A stretch of 35,957 nt of DNA, taken from IMG/VR virus record IMGVR_UViG_3300025388_000010, positions 1-35,957 of that record; one strand, given 5' to 3'. A model generated the notes under the pieces. It did no database searches. It saw nothing but the letters and a program-made list of their open reading frames with translations, and was not told where the DNA came from. The position numbers and the translations under genes are program-made. The DNA comes from a virus. Taxonomy: Duplodnaviria; Caudoviricetes. Numbering within the stretch: the stretch's first letter is position 1; each line of letters begins with the position of its first letter. This document shows, piece by piece, positions 18,147-27,326 of this stretch.

Positions 18147-19070
18147 TCAGAAGCCCGGCGTTCCGTACACGCTTCTCCAGTCGGCCACTGAAGCCACGAA
18201 ACGGGCCGTGGTCTTGGCCTTCAGGTTTTCGGTGTCAAAGTCGTTGTCCTTCTCAAGTTCCGGATAACGACGCCAGATGGAGACCAGACCCTTGTTCTTC
18301 TTGGTCGAGGTCAGAAGGAACCAGGCTTGCGTGGCTTCAACGCCAAGGTACGGGTTGACGATCGCGCCTTCCGGGATCAGGCCCATCTGCTTGATGGCAT
18401 TGATATCGTTGTTCGCGGTCGAGGTCCGAAGCTGGCTTTCCAGAACGCGGGTCGCGTTGAACATGTCAGCGGCGGAAACCTGGAGCTTCCGGGGACGGAG
18501 CGAAATCTGCAAGCCACGGGAGTTCTGAGCCAGATAGATCCGCTTGATCATGTCTTCCAGCGAAGCTTCCGAGAAGTCCGCGTTCACGGTCGGAAGGTTG
18601 GACTGCGGACCCGACTTGGTAGGGTGGTTGGCCGAGAAGAGCGGCTGACCGTCGCCGTAGACATACGAGCTGGAGAACCCGTTGATGAACACGTTGGCGT
18701 GGGTCAGTTCGATCGTGGTGTGCATGGAGAACGCAAGGCTCTCGGCACGGGGCATGGAGACTTCCGTATAGAGGTTGTCTTCAAGCTCTTCACGGGTCAC
18801 CTGATAACCCAGGGCCAGCACCGTCGGCGTTGCCAGGGTGGCATAGCCTTCGCTGTCGGCGTCATAAGCGATCGGGGCGCTTTCCGACTTGGTTTGGGCC
18901 AGACCAAAGCCTGTGGCCTCGATCAGACGCTCGGTGGCGAGTTCACCGTCGATCTCGTCAAAGATCTGCGGGTAGATATCCGGAAATTCGTCGTATTCCA
19001 GACCGAACCATTCCAGAACCCCCGGCCAAAGAGCGTCGGGGTGATTACTGCGTGTAATAACTGCGGCCAT
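18147..19070 (-). CDS. major capsid protein
   Basis: 307 aa; LWPGVLEWFG...GFGLAQTKSE...GDGQPLFSANHP...DWRSVYGTPG; strong AGGAGG SD. Confidence 0.88.
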   Translation of the reverse strand: MAAVITRSNHPDALWPGVLEWFGLEYDEFPDIYPQIFDEIDGELATERLIEATGFGLAQTKSESAPIAYDADSEGYATLATPTVLALGYQVTREELEDNLYTEVSMPRAESLAFSMHTTIELTHANVFINGFSSSYVYGDGQPLFSANHPTKSGPQSNLPTVNADFSEASLEDMIKRIYLAQNSRGLQISLRPRKLQVSAADMFNATRVLESQLRTSTANNDINAIKQMGLIPEGAIVNPYLGVEATQAWFLLTSTKKNKGLVSIWRRYPELEKDNDFDTENLKAKTTARFVASVADWRSVYGTPGF

Positions 19071-19097
19071 CTTAGCCTCCTAATGCTGCTTGAGGGC

Positions 19098-19742
19098 TTA
19101 GATGCCCGGCTGGGGTTGAATTTCGGTCGAGCTGTTCAGGCGAACAATGTACTTCGCATAGGGAAGCGTGGGATCGTTGTTCGGCTGTTGCACCAGACCA
19201 ATGATGTTCACCTGACCCTGGTTGGCACCGACGTTTGCCGAACTCAGCGTCCAACCAGACCAGCCGGTATAGGGGTTGCCCGCACCCGCAACAAGGGTGG
19301 TGGACTTGCCGATGCTGGTTTCAGCAATGACGTTGGTGCTGTCCACCTGGATCTGCCACTGGCTTTCAAAGTCATCATTGACCAGGACATACCAGTCGTA
19401 GGGGGTGGAGGCCGGGCGATAGAGCGGACCCGGCGAACCGGCCAGACCCCAAAGACCCGGCTGCTGATTGGTAGCACCAGCGGGAAGGACGCCCACGAAG
19501 CCACAGACCACCCCGGTGATGGGATTGCCGACCGTGGTTCCGGAATAACCGGCAGAAGCCAGATCGACGCCATTGACGCCGTTCAGACCGGTACCGGCGA
19601 GTTTCACCACCGGGTCGCCAACATAGATGGCATTGGTTTGGGCTTGCGGGACGTAATAAGTCCGGAGGCTGTCGCCCCACTTTGCGGCGTCAAGGCGACG
19701 AGTGACCTGAAGACCGTAGGGAGTATTAAGGTTATTCGCCAC
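19098..19742 (-). CDS. capsid decoration/minor capsid protein
   Basis: ANNLNTPYGL...AIYVGDPVV; GTG start with AGGAG SD; immediately upstream of the major capsid gene. Confidence 0.65.
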   Translation of the reverse strand: MANNLNTPYGLQVTRRLDAAKWGDSLRTYYVPQAQTNAIYVGDPVVKLAGTGLNGVNGVDLASAGYSGTTVGNPITGVVCGFVGVLPAGATNQQPGLWGLAGSPGPLYRPASTPYDWYVLVNDDFESQWQIQVDSTNVIAETSIGKSTTLVAGAGNPYTGWSGWTLSSANVGANQGQVNIIGLVQQPNNDPTLPYAKYIVRLNSSTEIQPQPGI

Positions 19743-19752
19743 CTTGAGGCTC

Positions 19753-20310
19753 CTATTTCTTGCGCGGAAGGGGACCACGACGACGCTGGGCAGCGCCGCC
19801 TATGGAGACTTGGGTTTTAGGGACGTACGCATTGCCAGCCAAATTGGCGGCTTTGCCCTCAAGGCTTTCCACGTCCCCGTTGTAGACGATGCCTCGCATC
19901 ATGTCCTCGCGGAACTGGACCGCCTTTTCCTGGTCTTCCTCAAAATAGGCCCGAGGCTTCTTGAGGAGGTAGGAATAGATCGGGTTGCCATTCTTGTCGC
20001 GGCCCGTCAGCATACGGATACGCTCGGCGCTCTCGCTGTCGGTGGTGCCGCTGTCGAAGCCCTTGATTTCACCGGCCCCCACATGATCATAGTCGTCGCT
20101 ATGGGTCGCCATACGCATACGACCATCTTCGTCATTTACCCAACGGTAGACAAAGTTTTCCAGATCAAGCTGGTCGGGCTCGAAGATATCAAGCTTGAAT
20201 TGAGCCATGCGGTTGAGATTACCGCCACGACGGCGACGACGGGTTGCGGCCACCTGATCGGCACGGTCAACCGGGCCGCGTTCGGGATTAAATTCAGGCA
20301 CCGTACTCAT
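19753..20310 (-). CDS. conserved hypothetical head-assembly protein
   Basis: YRWVND...YLLKKPRAYFEEDQ; lies between scaffold and decoration genes. Confidence 0.65.
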   Translation of the reverse strand: MSTVPEFNPERGPVDRADQVAATRRRRRGGNLNRMAQFKLDIFEPDQLDLENFVYRWVNDEDGRMRMATHSDDYDHVGAGEIKGFDSGTTDSESAERIRMLTGRDKNGNPIYSYLLKKPRAYFEEDQEKAVQFREDMMRGIVYNGDVESLEGKAANLAGNAYVPKTQVSIGGAAQRRRGPLPRKK

Positions 20311-21173
20311 CGTTCATCACCCTTGTTTGCCCAATAGGACGCTGCAAGTCTGGCTTGCGCGTCCGCTTCAGACAGATTGTGTGTCGCCATCTTCTTGACG
20401 AACTTGCTCAACTGCACCCGGTCACCGGACGGAATGTCATTCCATCCATTGGACTTCGATGACCTCGGCGGCGTCCCACGGTTCCCGGGCTGAACGCTCG
20501 GAGGTTTGCGGATCTCGCTCAAGCGACGCATCTCCGGTTCCTCCCGGTCCGTGACCGAGAAATGCTCTGGAAAACGTCGCCTCACCTCGGCCTCGGCTTG
20601 CTCCAACTGGTCCTCAATGCTGGCACCCTTGGCTGCCTCCTGATCGCAGATCGCAGCGGCCACCATGCGGGCGGCGGGGTCTTCATTGAACCAACTGTTG
20701 CGGCCTATCCAGGCTACCGTCCGGGGATCAGGTCCTGCATTCTGAGCCACCTGTCGGGCAGCTTGAACAGCCAGTTCCTCATTTCCGGTCCGAGCCGCTT
20801 GACGCAACTGAATTTCGGCCTCTTCTCTCGCACGACGACGCGCTTCTTCGATCGCGGCATCTGCGGCCTGACCCGTCCGCTTGAGACGGTCTTTCAGGTT
20901 GTCGATCTTTTTGGTGGTGGTATCGAGGAACTCATCCGCCTCAACCCAACTTGAGGGTTCTCGCGTCCATTCCTCTAGAGGGACCCATCCCATTCGCCTT
21001 GCGACGGATCGGGCAACATCCAATTCGCTTTGTGCAATCGGACCTCTTTTGGATGATTGACTTGAACTCTCTTCGTCGTCAAGCGGCTCTTGTACTGGCG
21101 ACACAACATCTTGTGCCTCATCGCCCACCTTCATACCTGTTTCGCGGGCACGATACCGATCAGGACGGGGCAT
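20307..21173 (-). CDS. capsid scaffolding protein
   Basis: ARRMGWVPLEEW...WVEADEF; charged coiled coil; WIGRNSWF; position after portal. Confidence 0.72.
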   Translation of the reverse strand: MPRPDRYRARETGMKVGDEAQDVVSPVQEPLDDEESSSQSSKRGPIAQSELDVARSVARRMGWVPLEEWTREPSSWVEADEFLDTTTKKIDNLKDRLKRTGQAADAAIEEARRRAREEAEIQLRQAARTGNEELAVQAARQVAQNAGPDPRTVAWIGRNSWFNEDPAARMVAAAICDQEAAKGASIEDQLEQAEAEVRRRFPEHFSVTDREEPEMRRLSEIRKPPSVQPGNRGTPPRSSKSNGWNDIPSGDRVQLSKFVKKMATHNLSEADAQARLAASYWANKGDER

Positions 21174-21618
21174 GGGTCACCTCCTCGATGATACCGGAAA
21201 TGTCCTTGTCCTTGACGATGCGGTAGGTGCGACCATCCTGTCCTTCAAAGGTCGCACCGGCATACCGGGCAAACCACACGATGTCTCCGACCTGGGGAGG
21301 TGCGGAGCCATCGGGCCAGCGGTCATAGTTGAAAGCAACTGGAGAGACGCGGATGATGCGACCCACCTGTTGAGCATCACTCATCCGTTCACGGGTTTCG
21401 TCTGCAATATGGATGGAACCAACCTTTGCCGCCATTTCAGCGGGGGCAATGACCACATTGTATTCGGTCGGCTTGAACCCTGGATGACAATCATCAAGCA
21501 GGGGAACAGACGTCAGGGACACGTCCCCGATCTTGCCAAGCGTCGGAATGCCGACAATGCCTCTGGGGGCTTGCGGCAGGGGAGAGGTCAGGCCCTTAGG
21601 CTTGAAGGATGTTGACAT
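21160..21618 (-). CDS. groES: GroES-like co-chaperonin
   Basis: FKPTEYNVVI...GSIHI...GRIIRVSP...VGDIVWFARYAG...YRIVKDKDISGII. Confidence 0.85.
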   Translation of the reverse strand: MSTSFKPKGLTSPLPQAPRGIVGIPTLGKIGDVSLTSVPLLDDCHPGFKPTEYNVVIAPAEMAAKVGSIHIADETRERMSDAQQVGRIIRVSPVAFNYDRWPDGSAPPQVGDIVWFARYAGATFEGQDGRTYRIVKDKDISGIIEEVTHAPS

Positions 21619-21907
21619 AATCGTCTCTCTTGGAAAGTGAGAAGGAACGGTAGGCTTCGGCAAATGCCTTGTACCGGGTGAGAATAAGGGGATCGCAGGT
21701 TCCTTGGTCCCAGCTTAGTTGAGCCCATTCTTTCTGGTACCGATCGGCAATTTCGTTCATGGCCGTTGCCACATAACCCGTTACCGGGTGGCGGCACCAT
21801 GCTGCAAACTCATCGTAGGTCGGTACGAAAGTGAAGGCTGTCGGTTCAGGAACGGCGTCCTTGAACCTCTCATCAGGTGATGGCCGCGCTTGGCGGTTGG
21901 GTGGCAT
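21596..21907 (-). CDS. hypothetical protein downstream of portal
   Basis: GGAG SD; EFAAWCRHPVT motif typical of the small post-portal gene. Confidence 0.65.
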   Translation of the reverse strand: MPPNRQARPSPDERFKDAVPEPTAFTFVPTYDEFAAWCRHPVTGYVATAMNEIADRYQKEWAQLSWDQGTCDPLILTRYKAFAEAYRSFSLSKRDDYVNILQA

Positions 21908-24062
21908 TGTTCGCTCCTTCCATAGGGGTCATTAAGCCCCCGTTTAATAGCTCCTCGGATTTTCCGTGAAGCTCATGGGTATCAACGGCGGCCAGGCCGA
22001 CCTCTCTCAAGGTTCTGGCGTGGTTCAACGTGCCTTCCGCTTTTGCCTTGACGGCTTGAGCCATCTTAAGCTGGCTTGCGGCTTGCTTTTCCTGGATCTG
22101 CGCTTGGGCCATGCCCGTTTGAATGGGGTTCGGTGGCACATCGGCAATGAACCTTTCGGGCCGATCGATATCCATCACATCCAGAGCATCCAGGATGAGG
22201 GCCTGTGCAGACTTGGCCTGTGTCATGCCAGCGGCCTGTCCCACCGGGCTTTCGGCCATCTGGATAAGAGTTTGAATGCGGGAGATTTTCTGCATCTTGG
22301 TAACTACAGAGGGATCAGCAACAGGCTGGATGTCCGTTCCATCCCCCGCAAAATCGTCGTCGAAATTCCCGCCGGTCAATTCCTGGTAATGGAACTTGTC
22401 CTCATCCGTCGCATAGCGTTTCATGGTCCGATAGAGGATGCGGAACTCGTCGCGGAAGCCTCGGTAAACCCGCTTGTAGATCGAGGAAAACACCTGGAGG
22501 GCCTGGTTCTGCAAGGCCAAGGTTGTCCCCACGGGGGCGGTGGTGGCTCCGTCTCCGGTAATGACATCCTTGATGGAGGCAATGTCCTTGGCAGCGCCCA
22601 GGAGCATATCGAGAAGCTGCATCGTCACCCCGGACGGATGGGGAACGGTTCGCTCATAAATGGCAGCACGAACATCGGCTCCTGGAGTTGAAACCGTCTG
22701 ATATTCACCCGGTCTGAACCATATGGAACCGCCCTGTCCGGAGCCCGTAAGTCTCAGATTTGACCCGATAAATCCACCACCGGCGATCTCTGCGTTACCA
22801 GCATCCATCAGTTGGTTGATGGATGTGTCGATGCTGTCGGTGATGCTCTCCAAAAGCCTTGCAAAACCAGTGGCATAGAAGCCACCACGGGGGTCTGGAA
22901 GGAACTTGAAATCCGCAAAGGGCATGTCCCGATCGATGCGGACGATCTTGCGGTCCCTCTGGTTGATGATGACGTCTTCCATCCCATAGGCGGGTTGGAG
23001 GGAAAGGACCTGTTGGGTGTCTACGTCAACGGTAACAATATAAGGCTCCGGAAGACCGTCGCCATCAAGATCCTCCAGACGATGCTGTTCAATAACCAGC
23101 CGAGGAGTTTCAGGATCAGCACCCATAGAAGGCAGTTCAGTAGCACGATACCGACCACTACGCTGGGCCTGTTCAATCTCATAAGGATAGAGGTCAAAGT
23201 CATGGGTGATCCTCGGGCACCGATAGATGGACTTCGTTCCGGAGTGAACCGTAAGCCGCAAGGGTGCCACGTAGTCCGAACAGAAGCCTTCATCTCCGCG
23301 ATAGATTTTCTTGAAGCCGCTTCCGGTAATGGGAAGCTGGTTCAGCATCAGATCGGTCTCGCCTTCCCAGTCTTCCATCTTATAAAAGATGGTCCAGTTC
23401 ATGAAATGGGCAACTCTTTCCCCCCGGGCATTTTTTGCCCGGGCAGCAAGTTCCATCATGTCGCTTTGCTGCTGGTCGGCTTGCATGGCCTGTTGGCTGG
23501 CCTGAGCATCCTGCGGATCAGTAGGCTTTGGGCCAAGGCTTGCAATTTCACCCGGAGACGGAGACTTTGACGGGGGATTGAAGACCTTGATGCCGACGGC
23601 CTTGTCGCCCTTCACCAATTCAGGATAGGCCCGTGCGGCCCACTGTTGTGAAGCCTGAGTGAGAATGGGATAGTGGATGTCCGAAGCGCCGTCCCACGGA
23701 TAGTTCTTCTCATCGTCCTCGTCGGTATCCTGGGAGGCCAGGTTGAGCCCCCGGTTGGCTGTCTCTCGCCACTTCTCATTCGATCCAAGATCGGTACGCC
23801 ATTCGCGCACGGCATTGACGCCTATTTCCTGGACCTGGCCTTCAGAAAGGAGGTCGGTGATATTTCCTCCGGCCATGATGAAGGACTGAAGGAGTTCCAG
23901 TTGGCCTTCAAAATTGTCCTCGGGCTCTTCCATATCTTTTTCGTCGGTGAACATGGGAATGAGGCCCGATCGCACCGGCATGGCGTCGGGGATCTTGGCT
24001 TCTGGAACGGGGAGGGGACGGCGTTGAACCGTCTTCATTCCAACGGACTTGGGCTGTCTCAT
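21873..24062 (-). CDS. portal protein
   Basis: ~729 aa; KNYPWDGASDIHYP, GSGFKKIY, DLDGDGLPEPYIVTV, NQLMDAG; ATGA-coupled start at 24062. Confidence 0.88.
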   Translation of the reverse strand: MRQPKSVGMKTVQRRPLPVPEAKIPDAMPVRSGLIPMFTDEKDMEEPEDNFEGQLELLQSFIMAGGNITDLLSEGQVQEIGVNAVREWRTDLGSNEKWRETANRGLNLASQDTDEDDEKNYPWDGASDIHYPILTQASQQWAARAYPELVKGDKAVGIKVFNPPSKSPSPGEIASLGPKPTDPQDAQASQQAMQADQQQSDMMELAARAKNARGERVAHFMNWTIFYKMEDWEGETDLMLNQLPITGSGFKKIYRGDEGFCSDYVAPLRLTVHSGTKSIYRCPRITHDFDLYPYEIEQAQRSGRYRATELPSMGADPETPRLVIEQHRLEDLDGDGLPEPYIVTVDVDTQQVLSLQPAYGMEDVIINQRDRKIVRIDRDMPFADFKFLPDPRGGFYATGFARLLESITDSIDTSINQLMDAGNAEIAGGGFIGSNLRLTGSGQGGSIWFRPGEYQTVSTPGADVRAAIYERTVPHPSGVTMQLLDMLLGAAKDIASIKDVITGDGATTAPVGTTLALQNQALQVFSSIYKRVYRGFRDEFRILYRTMKRYATDEDKFHYQELTGGNFDDDFAGDGTDIQPVADPSVVTKMQKISRIQTLIQMAESPVGQAAGMTQAKSAQALILDALDVMDIDRPERFIADVPPNPIQTGMAQAQIQEKQAASQLKMAQAVKAKAEGTLNHARTLREVGLAAVDTHELHGKSEELLNGGLMTPMEGANNATQPPSAAIT

Positions 24063-24322
24063 CTTGTGTGGCAATCCCATTTACGCAAAGCCAGAAGCTT
24101 GCGGGTCGGCTTTCCATTTTCATCGTGGAGTGCGCCTTTCATGCCCGACATCCGCGCACAAAAGGACTTCCTCCGAGCAGCCTTCTTCGGGGAACTCTTG
24201 GCTTCCTTAGAAGACACAGGGGCCTGAATATTATGGCCTTCAGCCTTCAAAGAAGCCCTTCCCTTGGCGTTCAATCCGCCTTCGGGGTTCTTGCCTTCCT
24301 TACGGGACCATGCGCCGCTCAT
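24059..24322 (-). CDS. small basic protein, DUF6321-like
   Basis: AWSRKEGKNPEGGLNAKGRAS...RRKSFCARMSG...LALRKWDC. Confidence 0.75.
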   Translation of the reverse strand: MSGAWSRKEGKNPEGGLNAKGRASLKAEGHNIQAPVSSKEAKSSPKKAARRKSFCARMSGMKGALHDENGKPTRKLLALRKWDCHTR

Positions 24323-24492
24323 TGCACTCGCGCCTTCTTGGCTGCATTCATATTAGCCACCAGAGAGGGATAGACCTGTCCCTTGGCCTTGGCTTCACGC
24401 TTGGCCATGGCTTTCTGTTTCGGGGTCAGGGGCTTGGACTTACCCAGATCCTTTGGTCTTGGTTTGTCCCAGACAGGCTTTTCGCGAGGCAT
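24319..24492 (-). CDS. small Lys-rich protein
   Basis: PVWDKPRPKDLGKSKPLTPKQKAMAK...YPSLVANM; AGGA SD. Confidence 0.7.
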   Translation of the reverse strand: MPREKPVWDKPRPKDLGKSKPLTPKQKAMAKREAKAKGQVYPSLVANMNAAKKARVQ

Positions 24493-24493
24493 G

Positions 24494-24688
24494 TCAGTTT
24501 CCTGTAGGGGGGGTTTGTTTGTAGGCTCCGCACCAGTCATCCGAGGCAACTGAAGGCCATACAGCAAAGACATTTTCCGGCATGTTCGGCGTCATGGTGA
24601 CCACCGTAGGTGGGCTGCAACGGCAAAGCCCTTGCTCGCTTGGCCTGGGAAAATAATAGAAGCAGTTATAACATGCCGGTGTCGTCAT
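24494..24688 (-). CDS. small Cys-rich conserved phage protein
   Basis: CYNCFYY...GLCRCSPP...WPSVASDDWCGAY. Confidence 0.72.
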   Translation of the reverse strand: MTTPACYNCFYYFPRPSEQGLCRCSPPTVVTMTPNMPENVFAVWPSVASDDWCGAYKQTPPTGN

Positions 24689-24770
24689 TGTTCAGGCTTC
24701 TCAGGAGGTAAAGGACGGCGAGGAACAGGACGAGAACGACCAGCAGATTGACCAGATGAAAGCTTGGCAT
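24666..24770 (-). CDS. 34-aa single-TM micropeptide (not in the ORF track)
   Basis: MPSFHLVNLLVVLVLFLAVLYLLRSLNNDDTGML; fills a gap in the operon. Confidence 0.5.
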   Translation of the reverse strand: MPSFHLVNLLVVLVLFLAVLYLLRSLNNDDTGML

Positions 24771-24830
24771 GGGCGACCGATCCCGCTGTTATGCGACTTC
24801 TGGATTTAGCCTTCAGAAGGTCGCAGTAGC

Positions 24831-25127
24831 TCACCATTCGTTATAATCCTTGCCCCCAACAAAATCCCCGTCAGCCCGCATCCGCTTTCCCCGGGCAACC
24901 GTAGCTTGGGTTTCAAACTCTGCTTGTCTGTTCCCCTCAACCATCCAGGGGAACCTCGGACCCTCGTTCTGGGAGAGGGTCTTGGCGTGATGGATTTCCT
25001 TTAAGGTCCGGGTACAGGGCTCGGCAAAGATGGAGGTGCGGATCTTGGGTTGATAGCCTTCACGGCGAAAGACCATTTCCGAGGAAGTGGGGAGGGCTTT
25101 TCCCTTGGCATTTCCACGCTTTGCCAT
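24831..25127 (-). CDS. hypothetical basic protein
   Basis: AGGA SD; starts just after the terL stop. Confidence 0.6.
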   Translation of the reverse strand: MAKRGNAKGKALPTSSEMVFRREGYQPKIRTSIFAEPCTRTLKEIHHAKTLSQNEGPRFPWMVEGNRQAEFETQATVARGKRMRADGDFVGGKDYNEW

Positions 25128-25128
25128 G

Positions 25129-26727
25129 TCAGTATCCTGTCTTTCGGGATGATCGTCGTGACATTGTAGGCTGATTTTGGGCACTCGCATACTGGGAATA
25201 AGGAACTGCAAATGTCAGGGCTGCGGCATCCCCAAGGTCGGGAGAGGCTCCTATGCGCTTCTTGATGCTGTCCTTCTCCTCAAGAACGAGGGCATTTCCC
25301 GTGTTATAACGGGTTTGGCCGGGTCCCCATTGGGCAGCACAGAGGTCACCTTGAAGACCGTCGTCATCAGGAACCTGAACACCGCCCTCGCTCTGAAACC
25401 AGTGTCTCATGGTATCGTACATTTCGGCTCGGCGGTTGGCATAGAGTTTATCCCCTGTAGGCCCTTGGGTTACTGGAGATGAACCGAAATTCACGGCGTT
25501 GATGCACCATCCGTATCCCCGGTCCATGAGGATGTCATAGACCCCTGCGCCATTGGATCCCACGTCGATATTAACGAGATCGGGTCTGATCCGGTCTATC
25601 CAGGATGCCACCATTGAAGCCACGTGAGTGACAGAGCCACCGGGGTCCATGCGCTCACAAACCCTTTCACCCATTCGTCTGCCACATCTATCAATGATCC
25701 CCACCTTGTCTCCCGATCGGGCAGGGTCCACTCCCATGATGATAGGTCCCCGTCCGATGATGTTCTCTTCGGGTCTCCTGGCCTGAAGCACCATGGATGC
25801 AGGGATGAACGTGTTGCCGGAGGACTGGAACGCCTCATCGAAAGTTGAAGGGAACTCCTGTCTGAACTTCCAGCAGGGCTTGTCCTCGCTCTCAGAGATA
25901 GACGTCGCCATCTCGCGATTTTTCAGCCACGCCCAATAAAGCTGCTCCCAGGTCAGACCGTGGATTCTGCCATAATCATACCAGTCCTCTGACGGCTCAA
26001 AGGACGACGGACATGGGGTGGCATAATCCTCTCCCCAGAACCAAGGGAGGAATATGGGCTTGAACTGGCTGTCTCCCCGGATGGCTGCCATAGCTGTTCG
26101 GTGGAAGAGGTTTCCGATACCATCAGCCGTACTCTCCAGAATAACTTCGGTTCCATCCACATCTCCTACAGCCTGAAGGGATGCGCTCACATGACTTTCG
26201 GCATTGGGCCAGAAAGCCACTTCGGACCCATGGAAAAGCTGGATCGTGTTACCACGACCTACTTCCCGGGACCCAGCAGTGGCCACCTGGTAACCACAAT
26301 CGTTGTGAGCAAAGCGCAACTCCTTCGCATTACCGGCAGTGAGGGGTGGTTTACCATGCACCGCATGGAGCTGATGGAACCGCTTGGCCATCCCAAAAAG
26401 GTTGTTTGTAGCATCGTCCTGGTGAGTGAGGATGAACGCCCTCAAGGCTCTCCGGGCTTTCCATAGCCTGTGATAAAACCTCCCCTGGATATATGTAGAA
26501 GCCCCTAGCTGCCTTCCCTTCACGATAATCGCCCTGACCTTACCGGTTTCCTTCCTCTGCTCCTCCAGCTTCTCATGCAAAAAAAGCTGGGCACGGTTTA
26601 ACCTGAAGGGCAACACCTCTCCGGTCTTGGTCCGGACCCTCAGAGCCTGGGAACTAAAATAGGGATAGTCCGAGGTCAGCTTCTTGAGCGCCTCGACCTC
26701 AAGGGGGGAAAGCTCAGCAAGGCTCAC
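25129..26727 (-). CDS. terL: terminase large subunit
   Basis: Walker A KGRQLGAST, Walker B LFHGSE, ESTADG coupling motif, nuclease GVDPA and SPDLGDA. Confidence 0.93.
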   Translation of the reverse strand: MSLAELSPLEVEALKKLTSDYPYFSSQALRVRTKTGEVLPFRLNRAQLFLHEKLEEQRKETGKVRAIIVKGRQLGASTYIQGRFYHRLWKARRALRAFILTHQDDATNNLFGMAKRFHQLHAVHGKPPLTAGNAKELRFAHNDCGYQVATAGSREVGRGNTIQLFHGSEVAFWPNAESHVSASLQAVGDVDGTEVILESTADGIGNLFHRTAMAAIRGDSQFKPIFLPWFWGEDYATPCPSSFEPSEDWYDYGRIHGLTWEQLYWAWLKNREMATSISESEDKPCWKFRQEFPSTFDEAFQSSGNTFIPASMVLQARRPEENIIGRGPIIMGVDPARSGDKVGIIDRCGRRMGERVCERMDPGGSVTHVASMVASWIDRIRPDLVNIDVGSNGAGVYDILMDRGYGWCINAVNFGSSPVTQGPTGDKLYANRRAEMYDTMRHWFQSEGGVQVPDDDGLQGDLCAAQWGPGQTRYNTGNALVLEEKDSIKKRIGASPDLGDAAALTFAVPYSQYASAQNQPTMSRRSSRKTGY

Positions 26728-26909
26728 AGAAACACCCTCTTCACCCAATGCGGAATCCTGGAAAGGTCCGTCCTCAACGCCAGATTAAGCCCATACAACC
26801 GAGCATTCTCAGCCTCCAGGTATTCCAGATCCTTCCTCAACCGATCAATCAGCGCCTTACGCTCCGTCTCAAGGTCCGTCAAAGGCTCCCGCATCCCATC
26901 CACTCCCAC
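26724..26909 (-). CDS. small coiled-coil hypothetical protein
   Basis: LIDRLRKDLEYLEAENARL; GTGA overlap with the terL start; exact start uncertain. Confidence 0.5.
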   Translation of the reverse strand: MGVDGMREPLTDLETERKALIDRLRKDLEYLEAENARLYGLNLALRTDLSRIPHWVKRVFL

Positions 26910-26930
26910 TCAAACCCACATTTATCCATA

Positions 26931-27110
26931 GGGTCCCATCCGTCAAACCGCCCCAAAAAGCCGGGGGTACCCTCCAAAAACACCCCCCACCCCTTTATTA
27001 CCAGCGATAATAAACCATAGGGCGGTATAAACCCGGGGATTTGGCAGACTTGCGTTTTGTTATGTTCGCGGAAAAGTAAAGTGAGGTGTGAAGTGTGAGG
27101 GATGGGACCC
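26931..27110. repeat. inverted repeat in the terS-terL non-coding gap
   Basis: GGGTCCCATCCGTCA (26931-26945) vs TGAGGGATGGGACCC (27096-27110), 14/15 complementary. Confidence 0.7.
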
Positions 27111-27326
27111 GCTTTCGCCCTCAATCTAACCCTATAAGGGGTGGTGTGGGGGTATAGGTCAAGATTATAGGACAGAACCTCAGGAGATCATGGACGGACA
27201 GACAAGAGGTCAGGTCACATTGCCCCATGCCTCTCTAGTCGTCATCCCCTCTATTGCCAGTCATGACACGTAGCAGGGGGCGGAAACGTAGTAGCGAGGC
27301 CGCCGAAGACTTGCCCTCAGGCCATC

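Noticed and set aside
18125-18149. The major capsid stop is in frame with the next gene (possible readthrough extension)
   Set aside because: A second in-frame TGA lies in the 21-nt spacer
1999-23570. Long plus-strand ORFs (e.g. 1999..3006, 4991..6274, 12592..13638, 16042..17025, 18327..19820)
   Set aside because: Antisense shadows of GC-rich minus-strand genes, with no SD context or recognisable motifs
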